Source of the DNA: Raja brachyura
Lineage: Eukaryota
DNA: 64,000 bases
Assembly (NCBI GenBank): GCA_963514005.1
Contig: OY740782.1
Location: 107,260,001 to 107,324,000 of the forward strand
Direction of reading: 5' to 3'
Shown here: in pieces, positions 12,333 to 25,067 of the stretch
How positions within the stretch are numbered: position 1 is the stretch's first letter
How the letters are laid out: each line of letters opens with the position of its first letter
The notes under the pieces: model-generated
What the model saw: only the letters and a program-made list of their open reading frames with translations
Databases searched by the model: none
Told to the model about the DNA's origin: nothing
Program-made: the position numbers and the translations under genes

Positions 12333-12690
12333 AAGATAGACACAAAGCAGCTGGAGCAATATCCCTGGGGATAAGAAAGGTGGGTGAAGTTTCGGGTCGG
12401 GACCCTTCATCAGTCTGAAGAAGGGTCCCGACACGAAACCTCAGCCATCCTTTTTTTCCCCAGAGATACTGCCTGACCCGCTAAGGTACATTTTGAAGAT
12501 AGACACAAAATGCTGGAGTAACTCAGCAGGACAGGCAGCATCTCTGGGAAGAATGATGTTGGAAGGAACTGCAGATGCTGGTTTAAAACAAAGATAGACA
12601 CAAAAAGCTGGAGTAACTGGGGACAGTGCCCGCAGCCTGCAGATGCATATTTTTTGTGTGTAAACCAGAATCTGTAGTTCCCTATGTCTC
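12333..12690. mobile_element. Nested cluster of Penelope terminal-repeat / fold-back fragments
   Basis: Three copies of aagatagacacaaa..gctggag and a central palindrome gggtcgggacccttcatcag-t-ctgaagaagggtcccgac. Confidence 0.8.
12383..12446. ncRNA. Back-to-back hammerhead-like cores, one per strand
   Basis: Minus strand: CTGATGA-AGGGTCCCGACCC-GAAA-CTTC (from 12413 downwards). Plus strand: CTGAAGA-AGGGTCCCGACAC-GAAA-CCTC (from 12415). Confidence 0.5.
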
Positions 12691-13004
12691 CAATTGGTGG
12701 AGTAAAGTTTCTCAGAAAATAAAACTGGTCAAATATTGCAAAATCCAGCAAACTGCTTTTCATTCCCGATTTATTTAATAATAAATTTAAAAAGCAAAAT
12801 TACATCCTATTACTAAATATAATAAGGTGTGTTTGTTATCCAAATTACTGCTAAGCAACTGGATAGAATAGACTTGTATTTGTATCACAGTTATCAACAT
12901 ACATTAGAAATATAAAATGTAATTGAAAAAACAACATTCAAAATTGTTGTTTATGATCATGTTGAAATGGCATTTGGAAACCTATGATCAATTGCTGCAT
13001 GCTA

Positions 13005-13910
13005 TCTACTCAGTGAAAAGATTATCCATGATAACAATCAAGCTACCCACAGGATAACATTTAGTGCAAGATAAGGTCTGGTAAAGTCTGATAAAAGATA
13101 GTCCGAGGATTTGAAGTGAGGTAGATGGTAGGTCAGAACCACTCTGTATATGTTGATAGGATGGTTCAGTTGCTTGGTAACGGCTGGGAAACAACTGTCC
13201 TTGACTCTGGAAGATTTTCACACTTCTGTACCTATTGCCTGATGCAAGAGGGGAGAAGAGGAAGTGACCAGGGCGAGACTAGTCCTTGATTATGCTGTGT
13301 AAGAAGGAACTGCTGTTAAAATCGAAGGTAGACACAAAATGCTGGAGTAACTCAGCAGGTGAGTCAGTATCCAAGGAGAGAAGGCATTGGCGGTGTTTTA
13401 ATTCCTTCTCTCCATAGATGCTGCCTCACCTGCTGAGTTACTCCAGCATTTTGTGTCTACCTTGATTATGCTAGCCTTGCTGAGACTGAGTGATGTGTAG
13501 ATGGAGTCAATGGAAGGGAGAGTGGTTTGTGTGATGGTCTGGACTACATCCATAACACTCTGCGATTTCTTGTGGTCTTGGATGGAGGTGTTCCCAAACC
13601 ATACTGTGATGCATCCCGATAAAGTACTTTCTACGGCACATCTGTAGAAGTTGGTGAGAGTAGTTGAGAATCATGCTGAACTTCTTGGGCCTTTTGAGGA
13701 AGTAGAGACGTTGGTGTGCTTTCTAGGCCCTTGCTTCGATATGGGTGGTCCAGAACAAGTTGCTGGTAATATTTACTCCTAAGAACTTGAAACTTTTAAA
13801 TATCTCTACTTTGGCGCTGTCAATATATTCCAGGGTATGTGTATGTGCTTCACTTCTGAAGTCTATCACAACCTCCTTTGTCTTGTTGACATTGAGGGAA
13901 ATGTTGTTGT
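13005..13910 (-). mobile_element. Rex1/Babar-like LINE 3' portion (RT C-terminus)
   Basis: The minus strand resembles NNISLNVNKTKEVVIDFR...FKFLGVNIT, as in ORF 32260..32475. Interrupted by a fold-back insertion. Confidence 0.75.
13297..13459 (-). mobile_element. Penelope-derived fold-back insertion with perfect 13-bp TSD
   Basis: CCTTGATTATGCT at 13284-13296 and 13460-13472. Arms gtagacacaaaatgctggagtaactcagcaggtgag / ctcacctgctgagttactccagcattttgtgtctac. Confidence 0.9.
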
Positions 13911-13929
13911 CTAATGGTTGGATTTGAAT

Positions 13930-16900
13930 CTATAGGGGAAATTTATCAGATTGACCTGAGGAGCTGGTACAGAGGGTAGGGATTTATATTCTTAGACCAC
14001 TGGGATCTGTTTCGGGGTAAGGGTGAATTGTACAAAAGGGACGGGTTGCACCGTAACAGGTGGGGGACCAGCATTCTGGCAGGCAGGTTTTCCACTGCTA
14101 CACGGGTGGGTTTAAACTAAATAGTAGGGGGGGGAGACAAATTGGAAATACAAGGATAGCGTTAAAGGGAAAGAGTATAGGAAAAGCACCAGAATTAACG
14201 GGACGGAAAGCTCACTAAGGGATAGGAGAGTATGGCCAAGTGAAATAAGAATCAAGGTGAAATGTGAGGTGAGTAATGGATTAAAAGTATTATATATGAA
14301 TGCACAAAGTATAAAAGTAAAGTGGATGAGCTTGAGGCTCAGTTAGAGATTGGTAGATATGACATTGTGGCAATTACAGAGACATGGCTGCAGGAGGATC
14401 GGGACTGGGAACTGAATATTCAAGGTTATATGTCCTATAGAAAGGACAGGCGGGTGGGCAGAGGAGGTGGGGTAGTTCTGTTGGTGAGGGATGAAATTCA
14501 GTCCCTTGCGAGGGGTGACATAGGGAATGACGATGTAAAGTCGCTGTGGATAAAATTGAGGAATTGTAAAGGTAAGAAGACACTAATGGGAGTTATCTAC
14601 AGGCCCCCAAACAGTAGCCTGGGTATGGTGTGCAAGTTGCAGCAGGAGTTAAAATTGGCATGTTACAAAGGTAATGCCACTGTGGTTATGGGAGATTTCA
14701 ATATGCAGGTAGACTGGGAAAATCAGGTTGGTTCTGGATGCCAAGAATGGGTTTGTAGAGTGCCTACTAGAGAGAAGACAATTCTGGATTTACTGTTGTC
14801 TAATGAACCAGATTTAATAAGGAAACTCAAGGTAAAGGAACCGCTCGGAGGTAGTGACCATAATATGATTAGTTTTAATCTGCAATTTGAGAGGGAGAAA
14901 GTTAAATCTGAAGTGTCAGTGTTGCAGTTGAAGAAAGGGGACTATGAAGCCATGAGAGAGGAGCTGGCCAAGGTCGACTGGAAAAGGATCCAAGGAGGAA
15001 TGATGGTGGAACAACAATGGCAGGCATTTCTAGGCATAATCCAGAAGATGCAGGATCATTTCATTTCAAAGAGGAATAAAGATTCTAAGAGGCAACCGTG
15101 GCTGACAAGGGAACTTACGAATGGAATAAAACTAAAAGAAAAGGTGTATAACATAGCAAAGAGTAGAAGGGAAGCCAGAGGATTGGGAAACTTTCAAAGG
15201 ACAACAGAAGGTAACAAACAGGGCAAAACGGGGTGAAAAGATGAAGTACAAGGGTAAACTGGCCAAGAATATAAAGAAGGATAGTAAAAGCTTCTTTAGG
15301 TGTTAAGAGAAAAAGATTAGTAAAGATAAATGTGGGTCCCTTGAAGGCAGAAACAGGTGAAATTATTATGGGGAACAAGGAAATGGCAGAAGAGGTGAAC
15401 AGGTACTTTGGTTTTGTCTTCCTTTCTGAAGACAGAACTAATCTCCCAGATGTACTAGAGGACAGAGGAACTGAAAGAAATTTGCATTAGGCGTGAAATA
15501 GTATTGGGTAAACTGACGGGACTGAAAGCTGATATCCCCAGGGCCTGATGGTCTGCATCCCAGGGTACTCAAGGAGGTGATTCTAGAAATTGTGGATGCA
15601 TTGGTGATCATTTTCCAATGTTCTATAGATTCAGGATCAGTTCCTGTGGATTGGAGGGTAGCTAATGTTATCCCACTTTTCAAGAAAGCAGTGAGAGAGA
15701 AAACTGGGAATTATAGACCAGTTAGCCTGATATCAGTGGTGGGGAAGATGCTGGAGTCAATTATTAAAGAAGTAATAATGACGCATTTGGACAGTAGTAA
15801 AAGGATTGGTCCAAGTCAGCATGGATTTATGAAGGGGAAATCCTGCTTGACTAATCTTCTGGAATATTTTGAGGATGCAACAAGTAAAATGGATGAAGGA
15901 GAGCCAGTGGATGTTGTGTATCTGGACTTTCAGAAAGCCTTTGATAAAATCCTGCACGGGAGACCAGTGACTAAAGTTAGAGCACATGGTATTGGGGGGT
16001 AGGGTGTTGATATGCATAGAGAATTGGTTGGCAGACAGGAAACAAAATTAGGAATAAAAGGTCCCTGTCAGAATCGCAGGCAGTGGCGAGTGGAGTACCG
16101 CAAGGCTCGGTGCTGGGGCCGCAACTATTTACAATATATATTAATGATTTAGATGATGGGATTAAAAGTAATACTAACAAATTTGCAGATGACACAAAGC
16201 TGGGTGGCAATGTGAACTGCGAAGAGGATGCTAGGAGGTTGTGAGTTGGCTTGGACAGGTTGAGTGAGTGGGCAGATGCGTGGCAGATACGATATAATGT
16301 TGATAAATGTGAGGTTATCCACTCTGGCGGCAAAAACAAGGAGGCAGATTATTACCCAATGGTGTCGGATTAGGAAAAGGGGAAGTGCAATGAGTCCTGG
16401 GTGTCCTTCTACATCAGTCACTGAAAGTAAACATGCAGATACAGCAGGCAATGAAGAAAGCTAATGGCATGTTGGCCTTCATAACGAGAGGATTTGAGTA
16501 TAGGAGTAAAGAGGTCCTTCTGCAGCATTGTGTCCAGTTTTGGTCTCCTAATTTGAGGAAGGACATCCTTGCTATTGAGGCAGTGCAGCTTAGGTTCACG
16601 AGATTAATCCCCGGGATTGTCATATGAGGAAAGATTGGGCTTGTATTCACTGGAATTTAGAAGGATGACAGGGGAATCTTATAGAAACATATAACATTAT
16701 AAAAGGACTGGACAAGCTAGATGCAGGACAATGTTCCCAATGTTCGGCAAGTCCAGAACCAGGGCCCACAGTCTAAGAATAAAGGGGAGGCCATTTAAGA
16801 CCGAGATGAGAATAAAAATTTCATCCAGAGTTGTGAATTTGCGGAATTCTCTGAAACAGAAGGCAGTAGAGGCCAATTCACTGGATGAATTTAAGAGTTA

Positions 16901-17055
16901 GATAGAGCTCTAGGGGTTAGCGGAATCGAGGGGTATGGGGAGAAGGCAGGCTCGGGTTACTGATTGTGGATGATCAGCCATGATCACAATGAATGGCGAT
17001 GCTGGCTCAAGGGGCCGAATGGCCTCCTCCTGCACCTGTTTTCTATGTTTCCATG
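13930..17055 (+). mobile_element. Near-complete CR1 LINE (ORF1 esterase end, frameshifted ORF2 APE-RT, 3' UTR)
   Basis: ORF1 end GFIFLDHWDLF...LYKRDGLH..N*. ORF 14322..15236 is an APE endonuclease (ITETWL, YRPPN, MGDFN, SDHN). RT motifs NYRPVSL, QHGF, YLDFQKAFD, GVPQGSVLGP, FADDTKL. Ends in a ttctatgtt tail. Confidence 0.95.
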
Positions 17056-17559
17056 ACCAGAGATGTTCCCACAAATAGAAAGTGGAGCATAACTAGGTAT
17101 CTGCTTTAAGATCTAACCATTACTATGTGTTACTGATTTGTGTATGTATTTTTTGTACTCCATTTCAAGTAACTTTGCTGTCTAAATTTCAAATGAAATA
17201 TCAATTAATAACATCTGCATTAGCATGAGAGTGAATGGCTAGTATTGTGCAGATGTAGCATTTTGTTGGAGTAACCTACAGACGTGTTTTGCAAATGGTC
17301 AGTGCAGAACTACTTGTTTCCCATTTGGTTTCTGTACAATGGATCATTGTTGACCAAAAAATTGATTTCAAACATACAACATGGTCCTGCTTGTGGCACA
17401 AAGAAAGACAACTCATAACTCACTCCCCAGGGCTGTAAACTGCTACTTGGAATAGCTTGTGGTTGTTTTTCATACAATCTCCTATGGAGCAATACTTCTC
17501 AACACTGCTCAAATTCTCTCCAGAGCAGCATGGTTTAAATTAGGTATTCAGCAGCATAT

Positions 17560-17891
17560 TAATGTAGTGCCAAGACCAGCTAATGGACCAGTGTCTGTAC
17601 ATAATCCATATACCTCCATTCCCTGCAATATCCATATGCCTATCCAGAAGTTTCTTAAATGCCACGATCATAATTGCCTTCACCATTATCCCCCGCAACT
17701 TGTTCCAGGCACTCACCACCTTCTGTGTGAAATACTTGCCCCATACATCTCTTTTAAACTCTGCCCCTCTCACTTTAAAACAATGCCCTCTAGTGTTTGA
17801 TGTTTCTATCCTACATATGCCACTCAACCTCTGGCCTTCCAGATAAAACAATAGAAATGTATCCAACCTATCCCTGTAGATAATACCCATT
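17560..17891 (-). mobile_element. Older CR1 3' end, split by the younger CR1 (continues at about 20113-20370)
   Basis: ORF 17540..17908 contains TRGHCFKVRG..F..DV.GKYFTQKVVSAWNKL. Confidence 0.8.
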
Positions 17892-20112
17892 AATAACCAT
17901 ATAACCATATAACAATTACAGCACGGAAACAGGCCTTCTCAGCCCTTCCAGTCCATGCCGACCATTTAATTTCCCCTAGTTCCATCTACCTGCACTCAGA
18001 CCATACTCCTCCATTCCCTTCCCATCCATATACCTATCCACTTTACTTTTAAATGTTAAAATCGATCCTGCCTCCACCACTTCTGCAGGAAGATCATTCC
18101 ACACAGCCACCACTCTCTGAGTAAAGACGTTCCCCCTCATGTTACCCCTAAACTTCTGTCCGTTAATTCTCATGTCATGCCCTCTTGTTGGAATCTTCCC
18201 TACCCTCAATGGAAAAGCTTATCCACGTCAACTCTGTCTATCCCTTTCATCATTTTAAAGATCTCAATCAAGTCCCCCCTTAACCTTCTGCGCTCCAAAG
18301 AATAAAGACCTAACTTGTTCAACCTTTCTCTGTAACTTAGTTGCTGGAATCCAGGCAACATTCTAGTAAATCTCCACTGTACTCTCTCTATTTTGTTGAC
18401 ATCCTTCCTAAGTAGGCGACCAAAATTGTACACCATACTCCAGAATTGGTCTCACCAATGCCTTGTACAATTTTAACATTACTTCCCTACTCCTATACTC
18501 AATGCTCTGATTTATAAAGGCCAGCACACCAAAAGCTTTCTTTACCACCCTATCTACATGCGATTCCACCTTCAGGGAACTATGCACAGTTATTCCTAGA
18601 TCCCTCTGTTCCACAGCATTCCTCAATTCCCTACCATTTACCATGTACGTCCTATTTTGATTTGTCCTGCCAAGATGTAGCACCTCACACTTATCAGGAT
18701 TAAACTCCATCTGCCATCTTTCAGCCCACTCTTCCAAATGGCCCAAATCTCTCTGTAGACTTTGAAAATCAACTTCATTATCCATAGCACCACCTATCTT
18801 AGTATCATCTGCATACTTACTTATCCAATTTTCCACCCCATCATCTAGATCATTGATGTACATGACAAACAACAGTGGACCCAACACAGATCCCTGAGGC
18901 ACCCCACTGGTCACCGGCTTCCAACCTGACAAACAGCCATCTACCATGACTCTCTGGCATCACCCATTCAGCCACTGTTGAATCCATCTTGGCCATTAAC
19001 ACCCAAAGATTGAACCTTCTTAACCAACCTTCCATGGGGAACCTTGTCAAAGGCCTTACTGAAATCCATATAGACAACATCCACTGCTTTACCCTCATCA
19101 ATTTCCCTAGAAACCTCTTCAAAAAATTCAAGAAGGTTTGTCAAACATGACCTTCCAGGCACAAATCCATGTTGACTGTTCTTGATCAGACCCTGTTTAT
19201 CCAGATGCTTATATATATTATCTCTAAGTATTTTTTCCATTAATTTGCCCACTACTGACGTCAAACTAACAGGTCTATAATTGCTAGGTTTATTCTTTGA
19301 ACCCTTTTTAAACCATGGAACAACATGCGCAGTACGCCAATCCTCCGGCACTATTCCCGTTTCTAATGACATTTGAAATATTTCTGTCATAGCCCCTGCT
19401 ATTTCTACACTAACTTCCCCCAATGTCCTAGGGAATATCTTGTCAGGACCTGGAGACATCCACTTTTATATTTTTCAAAAGTGTCAGTACTTCCTCCTCT
19501 TTGAATCTCATAGTTTCCCTTACCTCAGAGTTCAATATCCTTCTCCTTGGTGAATACCGAAGAAAATAAATTGTTTAATATCTCCCCCATCTCTTTTTGC
19601 TCTGCAGATAGCTGTCCATTCTGGCTCTCTAATGGTCCAATTTTATCCCTCGTTATCCTTTTGCTGTTAATATAGCTGTAGAAACCCTTTGGATTTACTT
19701 TCACCTTTCTTGCCAAAGCAACCTCATCTTCTTTTAGCTTTTCTTATTTCTTTCTTAAGATTCTTTTTACATTCTTTATAATCATCTAGCACTTCATTTA
19801 CTCCATGCCTCCTATAATTATTGTAGATATCTCTCTTTTTTCGAACCAAGTGTCCAATTTCCCTTGAAAACCATGGCTCTTTCCGATTGTTACTATTTCC
19901 TTTCAACCGAACAGGGACATAAAGATTCTGTACTCTTACAATTTCCCCTTTAAATGTCCTCCATTTCTCTTCTACATCCTTCCCATAAAACAAAATGTCC
20001 CAATTCACTCCTTTTAAATCATTACGCATTCCCTCAAAGTTAGCCTTTCTCCAATCAAAAATCTCAACCCTAGGTCCAGTTCTGACTCTCTCCATAATTA
20101 TATTGAAACTAA
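17892..20112 (-). mobile_element. 5'-truncated, relatively young CR1 LINE
   Basis: Six consecutive minus-strand ORFs (19724 down to 17976) cover the RT (NYRPVSLTS, GVPQGSVLGPLLF, YADDTKI) and C-terminus. Tail reads ataaccatataaccatataac on the + strand. Confidence 0.95.
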
Positions 20113-21397
20113 TTGTATGCAGGCATCATTCTGGTAAACCACCTTTACACCCTTTTTAAAACCTCCACAATTTTCCTATAATTGGGTGGCCAGAACTGCA
20201 TGAAATACTCCGCCTGATCAAAATATTATAAAACTGCATCATGACTTCCTGACTCTAATATACAATTAATGCAAGCTTACCATATGTCTTTTCTAGTGTC
20301 TACTTATGTTGCCACTTTCAGGGAATCATGAAAGCCAAAAATCCCTTTATTCATCAATGCTGTGAGACATTTGCTAAAATGTCTGGTGAACAAATTAGTC
20401 TGGACTTCTACTCCCTGTGCGTAATATCGCTTTCAATAATACAATGTCAAAGTATACAGCGGAGTTATATGGTATGCTTGCTTTCATAGGTCGGGGCATT
20501 GAGTATCAGAGTCGGGAAGTTATAATGAAACTTTATAGGACTTTGGTTAGGCTGCATTTGGAGCATTGTGTGGAGACAGCGTGACTTTTGTGTGTTTCAC
20601 CCCTCCACCTCCACCTCAAAGACTTGCAGCCCTGCAGCCCAACTGGCCTCTGCAAATTGCCGGCAGAGCCACTGCCCCACAGCGCAAGAGACTCGAGCTC
20701 AACCCGGCCTTGGGGACCTTCTCTGTTGTTATGCTGCACTGTTCTATGTATGTAAGTTTCACAGCACTGTATCAATATTTTGTCTCTTGCAGCTCCAGCA
20801 ATCCCGTTTCAAACCTGACCTTTGGTGCTGTACATGTGGAGATTGCATATTCTCTCTGTGACTGACTGGCATTCTTCTGCAAACTCCGGTTTTCTCCCAC
20901 ACCCGAACCCATGTGGTTTGTACAATTTCACCATAGCAATTTTTGAAATTTCAAAACATATAAACTGATTTTGTGCTAAAACCAAGAAGACATTAAACAA
21001 TTTTAAATAGCCTGATTGTGATGGAATTTGTTTTAAAAAAAGTTAAAATAGGAATGAGCTGCATTTAATGTTTTGTTGAAAGAAATTAATAGTGACTTCA
21101 ATAATAATGATTTTTGTGGAAATCCAGGTGAAGACATGAAAACGACCATTTCCTCTGGATTGTCAGGGATCTTCCAGCAAAGATGCAGTGGGAAATTGAG
21201 TAAACAACCCTTATGGAAATTATATTTCTGTGTGTTCCTCTAATTCACTAAGTCATTCATATATTTTTGATTTTCTTGTTACTTTAAATAATATTTAATG
21301 GTTCCACTGTGACACAAAATTCAGGTTCTGACCTCAATGTTCCTCTATTGCCTAGAAATGTAGTTGCATATTTTTTTTAACCCTAATACTATGTAAA

Positions 21398-21464
21398 GAG
21401 TATTCCTTCTCTCCAGAGATGCTGCCTGTCCCGCTGAGTTACTCCAAAAATTTGTGTCTACCTT
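21398..21464 (+). mobile_element. Short Penelope terminal-repeat fragment with 9-bp flanking direct repeat
   Basis: attccttctctccagagatgctgcctgtcccgctgagttactcca, flanked by CTATGTAAA at 21389-21397 and 21465-21473. Confidence 0.7.
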
Positions 21465-22199
21465 CTATGTAAATACGTCTCTTTTGTTCTGATTTCAGAA
21501 AGCCATTTTGGATTGGGTCATGTAACTGTTTAGATCTGATGTGACGTTTCCTGCAACACTGACAGGATTATACATAAAGAATCAGATGGGGTGACATAAT
21601 TCCCTGTCCAATGCTCCTTTTAGAAATTGCAAGTAAACTTGCATCACATTGCTTTCAGGATACATGTCAATGGGAACTCCAGAAGCTTTGGTCTTACCAG
21701 CACTACACCAAACTGGGATATCCACCATGCAGGTGTATTATTGACTTTATCTTTTCCTCCTCTTGCACATGCTTGTTCCCAAGATCTCCAACCCATCTAC
21801 TAAACACTAACAAAAAAATGACAACTCTAGATTGCTCAAGTACTGTGCTCCAATTTCCAATCATCCACCTTCCTCACTACAACTGATCATCTGGTGATCC
21901 CCATTACTTTTTTGCATCACACAGCATATCCCCCAACCATACCAATTCTCAATTTATTTCCTGATTCGCACTTGCCACCCCCTTGCTTTTCCTTTCTTCC
22001 CTCAACTATAGCACAGACCCAATTCAGCTTGTGACTGCCAAATCCAAGCACCAAATGTACCCCATTTCTAATCTACAATCCTCTTACCATAAAGGTCTAT
22101 ATCCCATTTACTTTTCTCACCATTTGCTGCATCAGCCTGCTTTGTCTGATGGAGCCACTTGTCTCCACTGATCTACAATATTTACTCATTTAGATAATA

Positions 22200-22860
22200 C
22201 TGCCTGTTGCTTCCTCCTACTTTCCCACCTCAAACTCCATTGGTCAAGTTTTCATCTTGAATTTCATCCAATTTATTTATATCCTATTGCAGAGTCTAAA
22301 TATCTTAGTTGAAATATGGCCTCTCACCTATTTCTATGTCAATGGTAAACTCAAACCCTCCTACAGGTCATTAATTAAAATGGTAAACAGTTAAGGCCCA
22401 AGATCTATATGATGGAGCTAGTTACATACCCACTCCAAAAGGCCCATATATCACGACTTCTGTGAGAACCAATCTATGATCAATGCTAATGCACATCCCC
22501 CAACATCATGAGCTTCTAACTTGTGTGCTTGCCTTCAATGTGGTGCCTTATCATGAGGGGAATACAGGGTGAATGCACAGAATCTATTACCCAGAATAGG
22601 GGAATCAAGAACCAGAGGACATAGGTTTAAGAGGAACCAGAGGGGCAACTTTTTCACAAAGGTTGCTGAGAATATGGAAAGAGCTGCCAGATGAGGTGGT
22701 TGCGGCAGGCACCATATAAGAGACATTGTGACAGGTACATGGATAGGAAAGGTTTATAGGGATTATGGGCCAAAAGCAAGCAGGTGGGATCAGTGTAGAT
22801 GTGGCATCATGGTCAATGTGGCCAAGTTTGGCCAAAGAGCGTGTTTCTGTGCTGTATGAC
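22200..22860. mobile_element. Decayed CR1 fragments (minus about 22200-22550, plus 3' end about 22550-22860)
   Basis: ggggaatcaagaaccagaggacataggtttaag (SRTRGHRFK) and a CR1 3' UTR ending tttctgtgctgtatgac. Confidence 0.65.
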
Positions 22861-23924
22861 ATTGACATCAATTAATCATTCTGTCAGTAACTGTTCTGGC
22901 CATGAGACTGCTGTTTGTAGGTTCATTAGCAGTTCGGGCTGAAGGCATAGCACACCTCTAAGGCCCAGAGATCTTTTCCTCACCCAGTGGAAGTGCATAA
23001 AGAGAAATGGGCCGATCCAGATTTGGGCCCAGGATTTATGGATAACAAAGGAGTAAATCGGGGGTCAGATGTCTGGTAAGCCCTTGAAATATGGTTGAAG
23101 TTGACTTGGCCTATTACTGCCTTGACATCTACAATGGGGCAAATTAAGACGTGTGGGTTGCGTGTGTGGGTGGGGGGATTATGTATTGGGATCCTGGATT
23201 GACAGGGTAAGCAAGTTGGCAAATGATGAATTGTGGGCCCGATGTCAAAGGAGGAAGTGAGGTGAGGTGTGGCAGCCTGTGGGGGTGCAAGGGAGATGCT
23301 GGAGTGATGATTTGGAGACCAGAGATCAGCAGTCCATGGAATAAGTGGTGAATCAGGCCAGGAAGGAAGTGCAATGGTAAGCTACTGGCCTTTTCAAGCT
23401 GCGCCAATGAAATACAGAATAAACTGCAAGTCCCCAGTGCAAAGTGCTTCAGAACAAGAGTAACTGATTATCCCTGGCATTGTTCTCAATGAGCATTGCA
23501 CAGGGAACGATCTCATTAAGCATGCTTTTGGCAAACAACTGCTGACCTGTACAAACAAGATTCACAACAGGAAGAGAATGGTGAAATTGCATTCCACTTC
23601 AAAAATAAATCAATATTCATTTGCACAATGTTGGAAAATAAATCTTTTTTGGAGGTAGATGATTTGCTGGATCAGTATTGATCTTGAATGTTGTTGTTTC
23701 TTTCTATCATAGTACCACTGCACTTAAATGAGAAATTACGTGTGCACCCAACGAAGAGGCTTGCTTGCATCCATGTCGAATCTAAATATCACCCCCAGAA
23801 ATGTTAACGCGGTGAGATAAATGAATATTTGACTTTATAAATAAAAAATATGGATTGGTTTTCCATTAAGGCTTGGGTAATTCAAAAGTCACTCTTCCTG
23901 CCTGCATTTCGCCAGCATACACAC

Positions 23925-24080
23925 CTGGAATAAAATTGGAATCATCAGCACAGGCTCGGCTCTCACTGCTGTTCTCCGAACACTGGAAACCCACTGGAAA
24001 TAATATTTTACAGTGACGAATACGTCGTTGTGAACCTGGCCCTTCACACTCTGACCATGCTGACCACTCTGACCAGTTAT
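23925..24080 (-). CDS. SEMA5A: Semaphorin-5A last TSP1-repeat exon
   Basis: ttttgcAG|AT AAC TGG ... ATT CCA G|GTGTGT; 156 nt, phase 1 to 1; DNWSEWSAWSECEGPGSQRRIRHCKILFPVGFQCSENSSESRACADDSNFIP. Confidence 0.95.
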
Positions 24081-24896
24081 CTGCAAAAGGAAGAGAAAAT
24101 GATAAATAAACATGCTTGGATTACCGATGGCACCTTAAAACATTAAATAACGGACCATAATTTACCTACTGAAATTCTGAAACATTAAACTGAGAGTTTA
24201 AGTGCTTCATCTCTCTTTACTATGGAACAAAATAACAAGTAATGGAGGCACAATATGATCTAACCATTTTGATTAGGAATGATTAATCTCCCTCCTGGCT
24301 TTGAGCACTTGTAAATATATTGGATTGACTCGTGCAAATACCTGATTATCCTGGTGAATACAAGAGACACCAGTTAAATACTGCCACCAGACAGCTATCC
24401 TATATTTCACTATACATTATAATTCATTATATGATGTTCAAATATAGTTTTTCCTGTGATATACATATATTAGAAATTATATTTCATCACCAATGATTGG
24501 ACTCTAATAGCAACTATAACTAGAGTCAAATATTTTTTAAATATTTTATGTAATAAATGTTTTACTTCATTAGTAAATGTTTTAATACAGACTGGAACTT
24601 TACACAATATAATTTACCACTCTTCCATCCTGCAGGGAAAACAATACAAACACTATTTAACATTCTGCACATTTCCCCAAGTTATAGTCATCATCGTAAC
24701 TGTCACTGTAGGTCATGTTGTTACTTGTGGGCGGAGCACCAAGGTAAATTCCTTGTATGTGAATACTTGGCCAATAAACTTACTTACTTATCATCGCAAG
24801 TTTGCACAGAATTCATTTTTGGAAATAATTTGTCAAATTGCCAAAGGAATCCATAAGAGTATTTAAGAGTCTCCTGAGGTATTCTACATTCCCTAC

Positions 24897-25067
24897 CTGG
24901 ACAAGGATGTGTGTTGCACAATGCTTCTTCTGTGTGCAGACCCAGACAGATGTCTCCGCCATAGGCAGACTCAGGATTGTTGCAGGACCGAGTCCTCATG
25001 TAATGTCCACCTCCACAGGTAACTGAGCACTTGGACCAAGATGCCCAACAGGACCAGCCACCATCCA
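24897..25067 (-). CDS. SEMA5A: Semaphorin-5A TSP1-repeat exon
   Basis: tttttaAG|TG GAT GGT ... CCA G|GTAGGG; 171 nt; VDGGWSCWASWSKCSVTCGGGHYMRTRSCNNPESAYGGDICLGLHTEEALCNTHPCP. Confidence 0.97.
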
